Source: a virus
Lineage: Duplodnaviria; Caudoviricetes
IMG/VR virus record: IMGVR_UViG_3300029288_000081
Location: 64,001-128,000 of that record
Reading direction: 5' to 3' (one strand)
Length of the DNA stretch: 64,000 nucleotides
Part shown: positions 45,339 to 54,730 of the stretch, piece after piece
Numbering within the stretch: position 1 is the stretch's first letter
Layout: each line of letters starts with the position of its first letter
Made by a program: the position numbers and the translations under genes
Notes under the pieces: generated by a model
Databases searched by the model: none
Seen by the model: the letters and a program-made list of their open reading frames with translations, nothing else
What the model was told of the DNA's origin: nothing

Positions 45339-45998
45339 TCAGCGACCGACGCCCCTCTGGGACCTCGCTCGCCATGCTGCGAACTGACGCTCCTGCGCCT
45401 CGGCAAGGAGCTGCTGCTGCCGAAGCAGCTCGGTGACGGTCATGTCGCCAATCTCGTGACGCATGTCCCAGAGGATCTGCCCAGCGGCGATGGCGTCGGC
45501 GATGGCGTCGTGAGCGTTCGGCAGCGCGATGCCGCGGCGCTCGCAGACCTTGAAGAGCTTGTGTCGTCCCTCGCCCTTCACGAAGCGATCGACGCTTCGG
45601 ATCCAGACGAGAGGATCGATCCACCGATGGTACGGATCGAAGATGGGCAACGGGATGTCTCGCACCTGGGTCTGCATCATCTCGGACCAGAACATCCGCT
45701 TGTCGAAGGACTCGTTGTAGGCGGCCGGGTGTGCGCCGCGCGACATGGACACGATCTTCGGCAAGACCGCGTTCCACGGAGGAGCGTCTGCGATGTCGAC
45801 CGTGCGGATGCCGTGGATCTCGGTTGCCTGCTGTGGGATCTCGATGCCGGCCCACACGAGGGTCCCCCACGCATCGACGAGCTTGCCCTGGTCGAAGCGA
45901 GCGAGGCCGAGCTGCACGACGCGATCGTGCGCTTCGAGCCCCGTCGTCTCCACGTCGAGGATCAGAACGGGACTCTCGTACCAGATGTCGTAGCTCAT
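45339..45998 (-). CDS. DEDDh 3'-5' exonuclease (DnaQ/epsilon-like)
   Basis: LDVETTG, IHGI, AYN..FD, HDAIADA. Confidence 0.92.
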   Translation of the reverse strand: MSYDIWYESPVLILDVETTGLEAHDRVVQLGLARFDQGKLVDAWGTLVWAGIEIPQQATEIHGIRTVDIADAPPWNAVLPKIVSMSRGAHPAAYNESFDKRMFWSEMMQTQVRDIPLPIFDPYHRWIDPLVWIRSVDRFVKGEGRHKLFKVCERRGIALPNAHDAIADAIAAGQILWDMRHEIGDMTVTELLRQQQLLAEAQERQFAAWRARSQRGVGR

Positions 45999-46354
45999 CG
46001 AGACGCTCGCTTGATGCCAAGCGACCTTTTGGGGCGCATGGGCACCATGTATGTCTTGCTGATCTGTTCCGCCAGAACACGCACATCGTGCGCAACGAGA
46101 TGCGCGCTAGCGGCGCCCATCAACTCGTCACGCGACCTTGCGACAACCTCGTAAGTCCGCGAGACGGACACTCCATGGACACGAGCTACCGACGAAATCG
46201 ACATGCGGTGCACGTATCGCTGCTCGAACATCTCGCGCGCCTGGTCTCCTCCGCGTGTGCGGTAGGGAGACGAGAGCCAGTCGCCGAAGCTGTCCAGCAG
46301 CCATCGCGCGTGCTGTGGCGCCAGATCCAACGTCTCGAATGACGGAATCTTCAT
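45995..46354 (-). CDS. sigma-70 region 4-like HTH protein
   Basis: REMFEQRY..MSISSVARVHGVSVSRTYEVVARS. Confidence 0.6.
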   Translation of the reverse strand: MKIPSFETLDLAPQHARWLLDSFGDWLSSPYRTRGGDQAREMFEQRYVHRMSISSVARVHGVSVSRTYEVVARSRDELMGAASAHLVAHDVRVLAEQISKTYMVPMRPKRSLGIKRASR

Positions 46355-49300
46355 GCCCCAGTCGCCTTCCTGTGCGTCCAGATGGCTCGCGCTGCCATGC
46401 CCTTCGTGAGGTTCTCCCCGACGGGCAGCTTGTGGAACCGGAGGTAGTTGATCTGCTTGACCGTCGCCGGGACGCGCATCTTCATGTCGCGCTCGACGCG
46501 CATGATCGTGATGAGGTCGCTCGCCTCGCCGGCTGTCTCCGGCATCGTGCGTTCCTTCACCCCAGTCGAGAGCAAGAGGCTGCGCTGCTTCGCGGACACC
46601 GGGCGATCTCTCCACCCGGCATCCTTGAGCATCAGCTCCTCCTCGGGGAGGAAGGTGGCCTCGTCGGTGCCCTCGTCGAGGTCCACGAACGAGGCGACTG
46701 GCTGGTCGGTGTCGGCAGGCGCACCGTCGTCGCGCCGAGCGCTGCGCGCCCGGAAGATGCGGTCCATCTCCCCCTCGACGAGACCGTAGGCCAGGTCGAA
46801 CTCGACGGGCTGGCGAACGACCTCGCGCGGGGGCTCGTGCTTGCGGCCGTCCCGCTGGTCGAAGAAGCGGATGACGGCCATGTGGTGCGCCTTGTCGCTC
46901 CACGCGACGAGGTAGTAGCCGATGCGCGGGATCTGCAAGATCCACCCGAGCGTCGTCTCGCGCCACTGGTACTGGCTCTTGGGCTTACGCGACCCGAACG
47001 TGACTTCGACCGCCTCGCCCACCTTCGCTCCGGTGACCTCGTCATGCTCCACAGGCTCGTCGATGTCCTCCTGCCCATCGCCGAACCCCTTACCCTCGCC
47101 CTTGTACTTGCGCTCGGGGTCGAAGCCGGCCAGCGAGGCGAGCTGCACCGGCCGGTGCTTGGCGCTGTTGCCGACGCAGTCGATGACCAGGCACTCGGTC
47201 TTGCCCGGGTAGAGCCGGAGCCCGCGCCCGAGGCAGTTGCCGACGACGGCCGCCTTGCCGTGGCGGCGCGTGATGACGGTCCCGGTCGAGGTTTCGACGC
47301 ACCAGACGCGTTCGTCCGGCGCGCGATCGACCTCGCGCATCGTCAGCTCGGGGCGGCTGCCGTTGATGGTGTGGTAGCGCTTGTCCGGTGCGATGTTCAG
47401 CTTGGGAAAGCCCTTGCCCCGGCCGCGGTCGTTCACGTGCTCCGACAGATTGCACCGCATACCACGCGTCAAGCAGAGCGCCTGGAACATATCGTGAAGC
47501 CCGGTGCCCGGCTTCTGGTAGATGCTCCAGGTCTGCGGTTCCCAGTCGATCGACGCGCTTTCCTGCCGTGCCCCATCGCCCTTGTTGAACGCTTCGAGGA
47601 AGATCCGCCACTGGCGCGCCGACAGCTCGTGAAACGCCGCCGTCGGCTTCTTGGTGCCGTCGCGGCTGATCCAGCGGTCGAGATACTTCCAACCACGCTT
47701 GTCTTTGTGCGTTCCGCGAGGCGTGCCGTACGACACGTACCACGTGAACATCTCGTGGTTCTTCTTGAACTCGGTATCGCACTTCTTGTGCTGACGGCCG
47801 AACTTGAGGCCACACTCGCGAAGAGAGCGTTCGATCGCCTTCACAAAGCGAGAACGGACGCCTTGGTAGAGCACGAGCGCGTTGTTTGCGCGGTTCCATG
47901 ACCCTTCGGCGTACCACCAGCCGAGCAAGGTCAAGTCGGCATCGCTGATGCCAGGACAGTCCTGCGCGTCCTCGGGCTCAGCCACGGAAACGATGGCCGT
48001 GAAACACTTCGGCATCTGCGATGCCACGGTCCACATCGGCTTCTTGTTGCGCCGCTGCTTGTAGATCATCCGATGGTTGCCGGTGACGCGGATGTCGATA
48101 CCCGGCAGCTTGAGCGCGTACATCTTCTCGCGCTCGTGCATAGGGCGATCGACGCGTGACAGGATCGGCGACCAGACGCAGCGCTCGGTGTCCGGATCCA
48201 TCGTCGCGACGATGTCATCGTCGTGGACGGTCTGCGGGCCCACCCATCCTCGCTTCGTCAGGATCTCGGTCTGGTAGTCGAGGCACTGGATGTAGAGCCC
48301 CTGCGACTGCGTGGGCCGAGCGAAGACGATGCCCTCTGCGCTCGGGTCGTCGTAGCCTTCACTCAAGACGTTGCAGTTCACGAGCAGCTTGACCTCGCCC
48401 TCGCGGAAGCGACGCAGCGCCTCGTGCCGGTCCTTCTTCTTCATGCTGCCGTCGAGGGCGACCGCATGGTGCCCGGCGTCGTTGAATTCCTGCGCGAGCG
48501 CGTGTGAATGGGCCACGTCGCAGGCGAACACGATGCACTTGCGGTCGTGACCGTAGGCGCGCCACGCCTCGACGACCGCACGGTTCACGTGCGGCGTGTT
48601 CATCAGCTTGGACAGCTGGGTGACGACGTAGTCCCCGTCGCCGGTGTCCACCTTGTCGAGGTCGATGTCGATGTCGACCCGGAACCCGTGAGGCGGCACG
48701 AGCCAGCCGTCGCGGATCATCTCGAAGGCGTTCTTCTCGTACGCGACGACGTCGAAGACTCGGTCGAGCGCGATACCGTCTGCGCGCCCCGGGGTTGCGG
48801 TCATGCCCATGAGCAGCATGTCCGGGTTCGCCTCGCGCAACGCCTGGATCACGCTCATGTACTGCGCACCGACGGCGTGGTGAGCCTCGTCGATGATGAC
48901 CAGCCGGAAGGAGCCGCTCGCGATGAGCGCCTTGAGCTTGTTCTTGCTGCGGTGCCCGATCGTCTGGATGGATGCGACTGTGATCTCGCGCCCCAGCTCG
49001 TTGTGCTTCTGCTGTACGAGGCCCACCCGTGTCATCGGGCTGACGAGCCTGACCTTGTCCATCGTCTGCGTGAGCAGCTCCTCACGGTGCGCGATGAAGA
49101 GGCACCTGCCGCCCGAGCCCTTGAACACGCGCGCCATGATCTCGGACGAGATGATGGTCTTGCCCGCCGCCGTGGGGAGAACAAGCAACGGAGCCTTCGC
49201 GCCGCGTGCCCACGCGTCGTGAACGGCGTCGATCGCTTCGAGCTGGTAGTCGCGGAGCTTGACGGTCGTGCCGCCTCCGCTGCTGGCCATCGGCACTTCG

Positions 49301-49488
49301 ACGACGTGAGCCTCGGCGGTCTGCTCGGCGAGCGGCAGGACGGCGCCGGGCGCCGCGCCGACGACGAGAGAGTGGAGCCGCAGGTTCGTGCCGGGCTGCA
49401 ACGTCCACGTGCTTGGGTCACGATCGCGGGCGATCATGTCGGGCACGACGATGCTGTCGGGCATGGGAACGAACGGCATCGAGATCAC
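46351..49488 (-). CDS. SF2 DEAH-box helicase interrupted by an intein
   Basis: LRDYQ, PTAAGKT, IIDEAHH, TATPGR, LSEGYDDP, YIQ^CLGRGLR. Confidence 0.92.
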   Translation of the reverse strand: MISMPFVPMPDSIVVPDMIARDRDPSTWTLQPGTNLRLHSLVVGAAPGAVLPLAEQTAEAHVVEVPMASSGGGTTVKLRDYQLEAIDAVHDAWARGAKAPLLVLPTAAGKTIISSEIMARVFKGSGGRCLFIAHREELLTQTMDKVRLVSPMTRVGLVQQKHNELGREITVASIQTIGHRSKNKLKALIASGSFRLVIIDEAHHAVGAQYMSVIQALREANPDMLLMGMTATPGRADGIALDRVFDVVAYEKNAFEMIRDGWLVPPHGFRVDIDIDLDKVDTGDGDYVVTQLSKLMNTPHVNRAVVEAWRAYGHDRKCIVFACDVAHSHALAQEFNDAGHHAVALDGSMKKKDRHEALRRFREGEVKLLVNCNVLSEGYDDPSAEGIVFARPTQSQGLYIQCLDYQTEILTKRGWVGPQTVHDDDIVATMDPDTERCVWSPILSRVDRPMHEREKMYALKLPGIDIRVTGNHRMIYKQRRNKKPMWTVASQMPKCFTAIVSVAEPEDAQDCPGISDADLTLLGWWYAEGSWNRANNALVLYQGVRSRFVKAIERSLRECGLKFGRQHKKCDTEFKKNHEMFTWYVSYGTPRGTHKDKRGWKYLDRWISRDGTKKPTAAFHELSARQWRIFLEAFNKGDGARQESASIDWEPQTWSIYQKPGTGLHDMFQALCLTRGMRCNLSEHVNDRGRGKGFPKLNIAPDKRYHTINGSRPELTMREVDRAPDERVWCVETSTGTVITRRHGKAAVVGNCLGRGLRLYPGKTECLVIDCVGNSAKHRPVQLASLAGFDPERKYKGEGKGFGDGQEDIDEPVEHDEVTGAKVGEAVEVTFGSRKPKSQYQWRETTLGWILQIPRIGYYLVAWSDKAHHMAVIRFFDQRDGRKHEPPREVVRQPVEFDLAYGLVEGEMDRIFRARSARRDDGAPADTDQPVASFVDLDEGTDEATFLPEEELMLKDAGWRDRPVSAKQRSLLLSTGVKERTMPETAGEASDLITIMRVERDMKMRVPATVKQINYLRFHKLPVGENLTKGMAARAIWTHRKATGA
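47236..48285 (-). mobile_element. intein with LAGLIDADG homing endonuclease (350 aa) in helicase motif VI
   Basis: Begins CLDYQTEILT, VTGNHR block B, LLGWWYAEGS and FNKGDG, ends VVGN before Cys+1. Confidence 0.9.
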
Positions 49489-49748
49489 TCCGGTTCAGCA
49501 GCGGGCTGTGGCTTGCCCCCATAGAACGAGACGTCGTACTGCGGCTCGACGCCGACCAGGAACAGCTCGCGGCTCTCCGCGTTCCGGACGTACACCTCGA
49601 TCTCGTTGGGGATGGGATCTCCGGCGAAGGTGCCGCCGTCGTTCCACTCCTGACAAGCATCAGCCGCCGCGTCTTGGGCATCGAAGGCGTCGATGTCTCG
49701 ACCGTCGTCTTCGCTGTGATGATCCTTGAGCCAGCACCGGAACATCAT
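49485..49748 (-). CDS. small acidic hypothetical protein
   Basis: Coupled operon gene. Confidence 0.6.
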   Translation of the reverse strand: MMFRCWLKDHHSEDDGRDIDAFDAQDAAADACQEWNDGGTFAGDPIPNEIEVYVRNAESRELFLVGVEPQYDVSFYGGKPQPAAEPE

Positions 49749-50581
49749 CGTCGCACCGTGAGGGTGGCACCGCGCACGAAGTCGGGTTCAGGCGCCCAGA
49801 GGTCCCCGTGCCCCGTGAGAGCGATCTCGTCGCAGATGATCGGCTGCGCGAGCATCCGAGACAGGAAGGCGTTGTCCTTGTTCGCGATGATCAGCTCGAA
49901 CTGCTTCTTGGTCACCTCGGACCTGAGAGCCTCCTCGTCTGCGTAGATGCCGTCGATGGTTCCGAACCGCGTCAGCAGCTTGGCCGCCGTCTTCGCGCCT
50001 ACGCCAGCGACGCCGGGGATGCCGTCGGAGGTGTCCCCGAGCAGGCCCAGGTAGTCGTAGAGCTGCGATGGAGCGACGCCGAACTTCTCGACGACGTCGG
50101 CCGCGCGGGTCCACTTGTCGCTCATCGGGTTGTAGGCGGAGATGCACTTCTCGTCGTTCACGAGCGCGAGCAGGTCCTTGTCGTGCGAGACGATGACGTA
50201 GCCGACGTCGGGCTCCTGACCAGCCAGCGTGGCGATCAGATCGTCGGCCTCGTACTGCGGCTCGTCGAACACGTTGACGCTCAGATCCTTGAGCGCGTCG
50301 AAGAACCGCGGCATCTGCGCGGTGAAGACGGGCGTGTGCGGCTTCCGCTCGGCCTTGTACTCCGGGTACATGTCGCAACGCAGAGACGGCTCGGTCGAAT
50401 CGCACACGACGGCCATGCGGCGGATGCCGCACTTCTCCATCGTGTTGGCCAGCATCACGCAGGCGTGGTCGATGAACGCGGTGTCCGTTGCGGCGACGGT
50501 CGCTGCGCGATCGCCGTAGACGACGTGCATCGCGCGGTGCAGGTACGCGGAGATGTCGATGAGGTAGATCGGCGAGGTCAC
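49745..50581 (-). CDS. 5'-3' exonuclease / flap endonuclease (Pol I N-terminal-like)
   Basis: LID..YLHRA, YPEYKAER, EADDLIAT, SHDKDL, LLGDTSDGIPGVAGVGAKTA. Confidence 0.93.
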   Translation of the reverse strand: MTSPIYLIDISAYLHRAMHVVYGDRAATVAATDTAFIDHACVMLANTMEKCGIRRMAVVCDSTEPSLRCDMYPEYKAERKPHTPVFTAQMPRFFDALKDLSVNVFDEPQYEADDLIATLAGQEPDVGYVIVSHDKDLLALVNDEKCISAYNPMSDKWTRAADVVEKFGVAPSQLYDYLGLLGDTSDGIPGVAGVGAKTAAKLLTRFGTIDGIYADEEALRSEVTKKQFELIIANKDNAFLSRMLAQPIICDEIALTGHGDLWAPEPDFVRGATLTVRR

Positions 50582-50583
50582 GA

Positions 50584-51486
50584 TCAGCCCAACAGCGTCT
50601 TGATGACGCGTCCGATCGCTTGCGTCTGCCCTGCTTCGACGGTGCCGTCCATCATCCCGCCGAACGGGTTCTTGTAGACGTTCGCGGCGCGGTGCGCGTG
50701 GAACAGCGTTGCCTCGTTCCGGAGCCACGGCTCGCGGTGTTCGAGGATCAGCTTGGCCGCGAGAACCTCTTCCTCGGGCGGCACGCTGTTGTCGTGGAAG
50801 TGGACGACGGTGTCGTCGTCGAGATCGAAGCAGATGCGCCCGACCTTCTGCGCGTAGTGGGAGTGCCGGTGGGCCAGCATGTACCTGTGGCCGCTCAGGC
50901 CGCCCTCCACGACGATGAAGCGTTCGCGAGCCCACAGCTCGTGCTCCAACGGCGTGAGGAACGTCTGGAGCACCTCGGAGGCGCGGTCGATGGCGCCCGG
51001 GACGCACTGGGGGCAGCTCGGGGTCGGACGCTTCACCGAGACTGCGGCCGGCTCTTCCTTCGGCGCCTGGGGCTCTTCGGTCTTCGCGGGGATGATGGCG
51101 TCGGGCGAGAGAGCTTCGTCGATCTGAGCGAGGTCGGCGGTCTCGTACACGCGGACCTCGCCGCCCGTCGAGGTGACGGCGGTGATGGTGCGGTCCGCGG
51201 GACGGATGCGCGTGTAGAGCAGCTTGCCGGCGGAGGCGACGCTGGTGGAGAGGAGGATCTCCTGACGCCGCTTGCCATCGATCTCGTCGAGAACGATCTT
51301 CGAGATCGGCGTCCACTTGTTCGCGCGAGCGTCCGCGAGGAACGCTTCGAGCAGCGTGGTCTCGTGCGTCGTCGGGTCGACGATTTCGAGGACACACGCT
51401 GAGTCGTCGGCCTGCTCGCGGTAGCTGCTGTTGTCGACCGCGATGATGCGGAAGTCGCCGTTGTACTGCGGGAAGAACCACCTCAT
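50584..51486 (-). CDS. hypothetical protein
   Basis: GGAGG RBS; CPQC; clean codon usage. Confidence 0.65.
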   Translation of the reverse strand: MRWFFPQYNGDFRIIAVDNSSYREQADDSACVLEIVDPTTHETTLLEAFLADARANKWTPISKIVLDEIDGKRRQEILLSTSVASAGKLLYTRIRPADRTITAVTSTGGEVRVYETADLAQIDEALSPDAIIPAKTEEPQAPKEEPAAVSVKRPTPSCPQCVPGAIDRASEVLQTFLTPLEHELWARERFIVVEGGLSGHRYMLAHRHSHYAQKVGRICFDLDDDTVVHFHDNSVPPEEEVLAAKLILEHREPWLRNEATLFHAHRAANVYKNPFGGMMDGTVEAGQTQAIGRVIKTLLG

Positions 51487-52262
51487 CGCGCATCCTCCGT
51501 CGTGGCCGCGAGGGCCTTCGCCGAGGCTTCGCGGATCTGCGTCTCCAGCATCTGAAGCACGGATTTCGGCAGCTTCTGCTTCTTCGCCTCGACGAGCGCA
51601 TGAACGAGTTCGAGCATGGTGGGCGGGAACGGCTTGCGTGCCTCCGCCTGGGCTCGCGCCTGGGCTTCCACAAGGTCCTTGCCGATCTTCGCGGCCTCGG
51701 CGATCAGGCTGCGCGACGCGTTGGCGCCGTACGTCTCGATGCTGGGCGCAGGCGCGAGCGACTCGTCCTCGGTCTCGTAGAGATTGACCCCGCCACCCAG
51801 CGAGATCGGGCTGAGCGTCGGGCCGCGCCCGAACCGGTCGCGCACGAGAGCGTCGGGCCGTTCCAGACCGAGCATCGCCTGCCCCATCGACGAGCAGAAG
51901 CGCTGGAGCCGGTCGAGCGTCTTGGCGGTGATGTCCTGGTCGCAGAACGCGAGGATCTGCGTCTTGATCGCCTGCTGGAGCCCGAGGCGAGCGGCCTCGC
52001 CCGTGTTCGGCGTCATCGAGAGTGCCGACCCAGGGATCGCCGGGCCATGCTTGAAGTAGTCGTCGATGCGACGACGGTGCGGAGACTGAAGGATCCCCTG
52101 CCCCGGCCCCTGGTTGACGCAGGGCTGCCCCGGGGTCGCGCCGCACGTGTGACACGCCGCGAACCGTTCCGACGCGTGCGGCAGTCCCGCGTCGAGCGCG
52201 GAGTCGATGCGGCGCCGTTCCTCCGCCACATCGATCTCCGCCTTCTGTGCCGACGCGGCCAT
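51483..52262 (-). CDS. Zn-finger domain hypothetical protein
   Basis: CHTCGATPGQPC...H..R. Confidence 0.6.
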   Translation of the reverse strand: MAASAQKAEIDVAEERRRIDSALDAGLPHASERFAACHTCGATPGQPCVNQGPGQGILQSPHRRRIDDYFKHGPAIPGSALSMTPNTGEAARLGLQQAIKTQILAFCDQDITAKTLDRLQRFCSSMGQAMLGLERPDALVRDRFGRGPTLSPISLGGGVNLYETEDESLAPAPSIETYGANASRSLIAEAAKIGKDLVEAQARAQAEARKPFPPTMLELVHALVEAKKQKLPKSVLQMLETQIREASAKALAATTEDAR

Positions 52263-52750
52263 CAGACGAGGTCCTCGTCCTTGATCTCCTCCGTCGTGTC
52301 GACCTTCACGACGTTCGTGAAGACCGGGAGCTTGCCGTCCTCGTCGACCTGGGTGCCGTTCCGGTGGCGGACGGTGACCTTGACGGTCTTGGTCAGGAGG
52401 TGGTCCGTGTTGAAGCCGTCGTCCGTGTACGGGACGCCGGCCGCGTCGAGGAGCATGCGCAGCTCCCAGCGACGCTGGGCGTTCAGGTCGGGCTTGGCCG
52501 GGTCCTTCTCCAGGATGTAGTCCTGGTAGACCCGGCGGCCTGCCTGAGCGGTGTCGCTCGCGTTCTCGCCGTGCAGGACCTGGAACTCCACCATCACCTT
52601 GTCGAGAGGCGGAGTCCCCTTCGTGACGCCCAGGGGGGCCGCCATGATGAGTGCGACGTAGACGCCGGGCGGGACCGGCTCGCGCTTCGGCGGCTTGGTC
52701 GTCGCATCGGGGTCGGTGATCTTGTCGTGATTGACCTTGACTGCGGGCAT
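52262..52750 (-). CDS. single-stranded DNA-binding protein (DUF669-like OB fold)
   Basis: PVPPGVY..I..V.VEFQV..G..GRRVY; acidic tail EEIKDEDLV. Confidence 0.65.
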   Translation of the reverse strand: MPAVKVNHDKITDPDATTKPPKREPVPPGVYVALIMAAPLGVTKGTPPLDKVMVEFQVLHGENASDTAQAGRRVYQDYILEKDPAKPDLNAQRRWELRMLLDAAGVPYTDDGFNTDHLLTKTVKVTVRHRNGTQVDEDGKLPVFTNVVKVDTTEEIKDEDLV

Positions 52751-52753
52751 CGA

Positions 52754-54025
52754 TCAGTTCTCCTTCTTCTTGTGAGCCATGAGCAGAGCCTTGAGGCTGT
52801 CGTACTGGTTCTGACGCACGAGCGCACTGCGCTCGACGTCCGCGTGCTCCTTCAACCACGCCTGCGCGGCTGGGCGCGTCCCGAGCTTTTCGAGCAGCAG
52901 CTCGCTCAGGTTCTTGGCCTGGATGTTCGTGATGGTCTCGGAGCTGCCGTCGCGGCTCGGGCCGTGAGGCCCTGAGACGCCAGCCGCCGGCACCTGTGCC
53001 GCCGCCTGGGGCCGCGAGACCGGCTTCTCGTCGAGCTTGCGGTTCTCCTCGTGCGCGTTGTTCGTCCCGCTCAGGTCCCAGCCGGGCTTGCCCTGCTCCG
53101 CGGCAGCCTTGACCAGTGCGATGTCCAGGGGGGTGATGTTCGGTACTTCGACCTCGAAGGTCTCGTGCGAGACCGAGTCCTGCGCCGTGCCCTCCCAGGC
53201 GTAGCCCAGGGAGCCCATCTGCCTGGCTGCCGTCTCGTTCCCTCTGCGGGCCTGCGCCCGAAGCTCGCGAGCCGCCTTGGAGGCCTGCTGTGCCTCCGGG
53301 AGCATCCCGGTCCCCCGCTTGACCGACTCCTCGGCCCACCAGCGCTGCGCGGTGACGATCTCGTCCAGCGTCGAGGCGGGCAGCGCTGCGGGCTTCTTGA
53401 GCGTCGGCGTCGCATCGACGTATCGCTCCGGAACCTCGTCGTAGGCCATGCCGACGATCTCTTCTGCCGAGACGTCGCCGAAGCCTGCCAGGCGCAGGAC
53501 GGCGCGGTTGTACGCCCTGGTGTCCGCGGTCGCGATGACGCTGTGCAGATCGATGCGACCTCCGCGCTCGGTCTTGTCGCACCAGCCCACACCCTCTTCG
53601 GTGCGGCCCGAGCGCTTGTGCGTGGCCTCGTAGGTCACGAAGCTGTACGTGGCCATCGCATCGTCGGGAAGACCACGCGTCATCTTGCGCCGCGACTCGA
53701 TGCCCAGCGCCGTCGCCAGCTTGGTGATGCCGCTCTTCTTCGGGCTCGCGCGGACCTCGACCCCGTAGGCCTTCGCCGCCTTCTCGGCGTCTGCGCGGCG
53801 AGAGTAGACGCTCTGCTTGGTCTTGCCGGCCTCCGTGTAGGAGATCGTGTAGATGTAGTCGCTCTCGTCGAGGATGGCCGCGTACAGCCGCTGCTTCTCG
53901 GCGAAGGCAGCTCGCAGCCGAGCCGGAGTCGCGATCGGTGTGATGAATCCGAGGTCCGACAGATCGGCCAGCGCGGCCGTATCGTCAGCAACGACCATGG
54001 ACCCGTCCCCTGTGTTCTCGCTCAT
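52754..54025 (-). CDS. putative recombination / single-strand annealing protein
   Basis: KKSG..KLA, EGVGWC..E, TADTRAYNRAV...G.VSAEE; lies next to the SSB. Confidence 0.5.
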   Translation of the reverse strand: MSENTGDGSMVVADDTAALADLSDLGFITPIATPARLRAAFAEKQRLYAAILDESDYIYTISYTEAGKTKQSVYSRRADAEKAAKAYGVEVRASPKKSGITKLATALGIESRRKMTRGLPDDAMATYSFVTYEATHKRSGRTEEGVGWCDKTERGGRIDLHSVIATADTRAYNRAVLRLAGFGDVSAEEIVGMAYDEVPERYVDATPTLKKPAALPASTLDEIVTAQRWWAEESVKRGTGMLPEAQQASKAARELRAQARRGNETAARQMGSLGYAWEGTAQDSVSHETFEVEVPNITPLDIALVKAAAEQGKPGWDLSGTNNAHEENRKLDEKPVSRPQAAAQVPAAGVSGPHGPSRDGSSETITNIQAKNLSELLLEKLGTRPAAQAWLKEHADVERSALVRQNQYDSLKALLMAHKKKEN

Positions 54026-54240
54026 TCTGCCCCTTTCTTCTTCTCGCCGTTCACGTGGTAGCCGGCCTGGAACTTCACAAGGTCGGCACGCTTGACTCCG
54101 ATGAAGTCGCCGACCTTGCTCGACTTCAACATCTCGCTCTTGATCCACAGCCAGACCGTTGATCGGTGGACGCCCATCTCCTTGGCGACCTCGCCAGTGC
54201 TCAACAGGCCCGACGCCTGAAACTTCTTGCTCAGGGTCAT
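54022..54240 (-). CDS. excisionase/MerR-like HTH DNA-binding protein
   Basis: LLSTGEVAKEMGVHRSTVWLWIKS..L...KVG. Confidence 0.8.
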   Translation of the reverse strand: MTLSKKFQASGLLSTGEVAKEMGVHRSTVWLWIKSEMLKSSKVGDFIGVKRADLVKFQAGYHVNGEKKKGAE

Positions 54241-54302
54241 GCTTTCCTTGTTTTTCTGGGCGCCCAGCGACACCTTGTATGTCGCGCGCGGAGGGTCGTC
54301 AA

Positions 54303-54554
54303 CTACTTTCGACGCACGTCTTTCAGCTTCTTGACGGGCGCCGGTCCGACCCTCTTCGCTCGAAGATGGGTCACCACCTCGATGGACACCGAGTAGATGT
54401 CCCCGGGCACATCGCGCTCTTTGCGGACCTCGACCTGGAACTGGTCGGCCATGTGTTCGATCTCATCACCGAACACCTTCCTGATGGCTCCATCGACGTC
54501 GACCGCCTCGACCTTCAGGAACTCCCCCGCGCCGTCGTCCACGTAGTAGACCAT
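54303..54554 (-). CDS. hypothetical protein
   Basis: Own TTGACA promoter. Confidence 0.55.
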   Translation of the reverse strand: MVYYVDDGAGEFLKVEAVDVDGAIRKVFGDEIEHMADQFQVEVRKERDVPGDIYSVSIEVVTHLRAKRVGPAPVKKLKDVRRK

Positions 54555-54730
54555 GGGCGACTCTTGTCCGAGACCGCCTCGGCTGTCAACAACTTTCGAC
54601 TCACCGTCGGTTGGTGCCGGATGGTGCCGATCACTGCGAGACGAACGCGGTCAGGAGCGCAAGGACGGTCACGGTCACAACCGACGCGAGAGCGACGAGC
54701 ACGTAGAGACGCGTCTCGCGGTCAGGCTCA

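Noticed and set aside
43075-49488. TOTE conflict system (AEP primase + helicase)
   Set aside because: Other TOTE components were not recognised, and the context is a replication operon.
51483-52262. MTPN in this protein (and TTPN in 33764-33994) as members of the Asn-tag system
   Set aside because: No Arg tail or TM anchor, and the 4-mer is degenerate enough to arise by chance; not counted.
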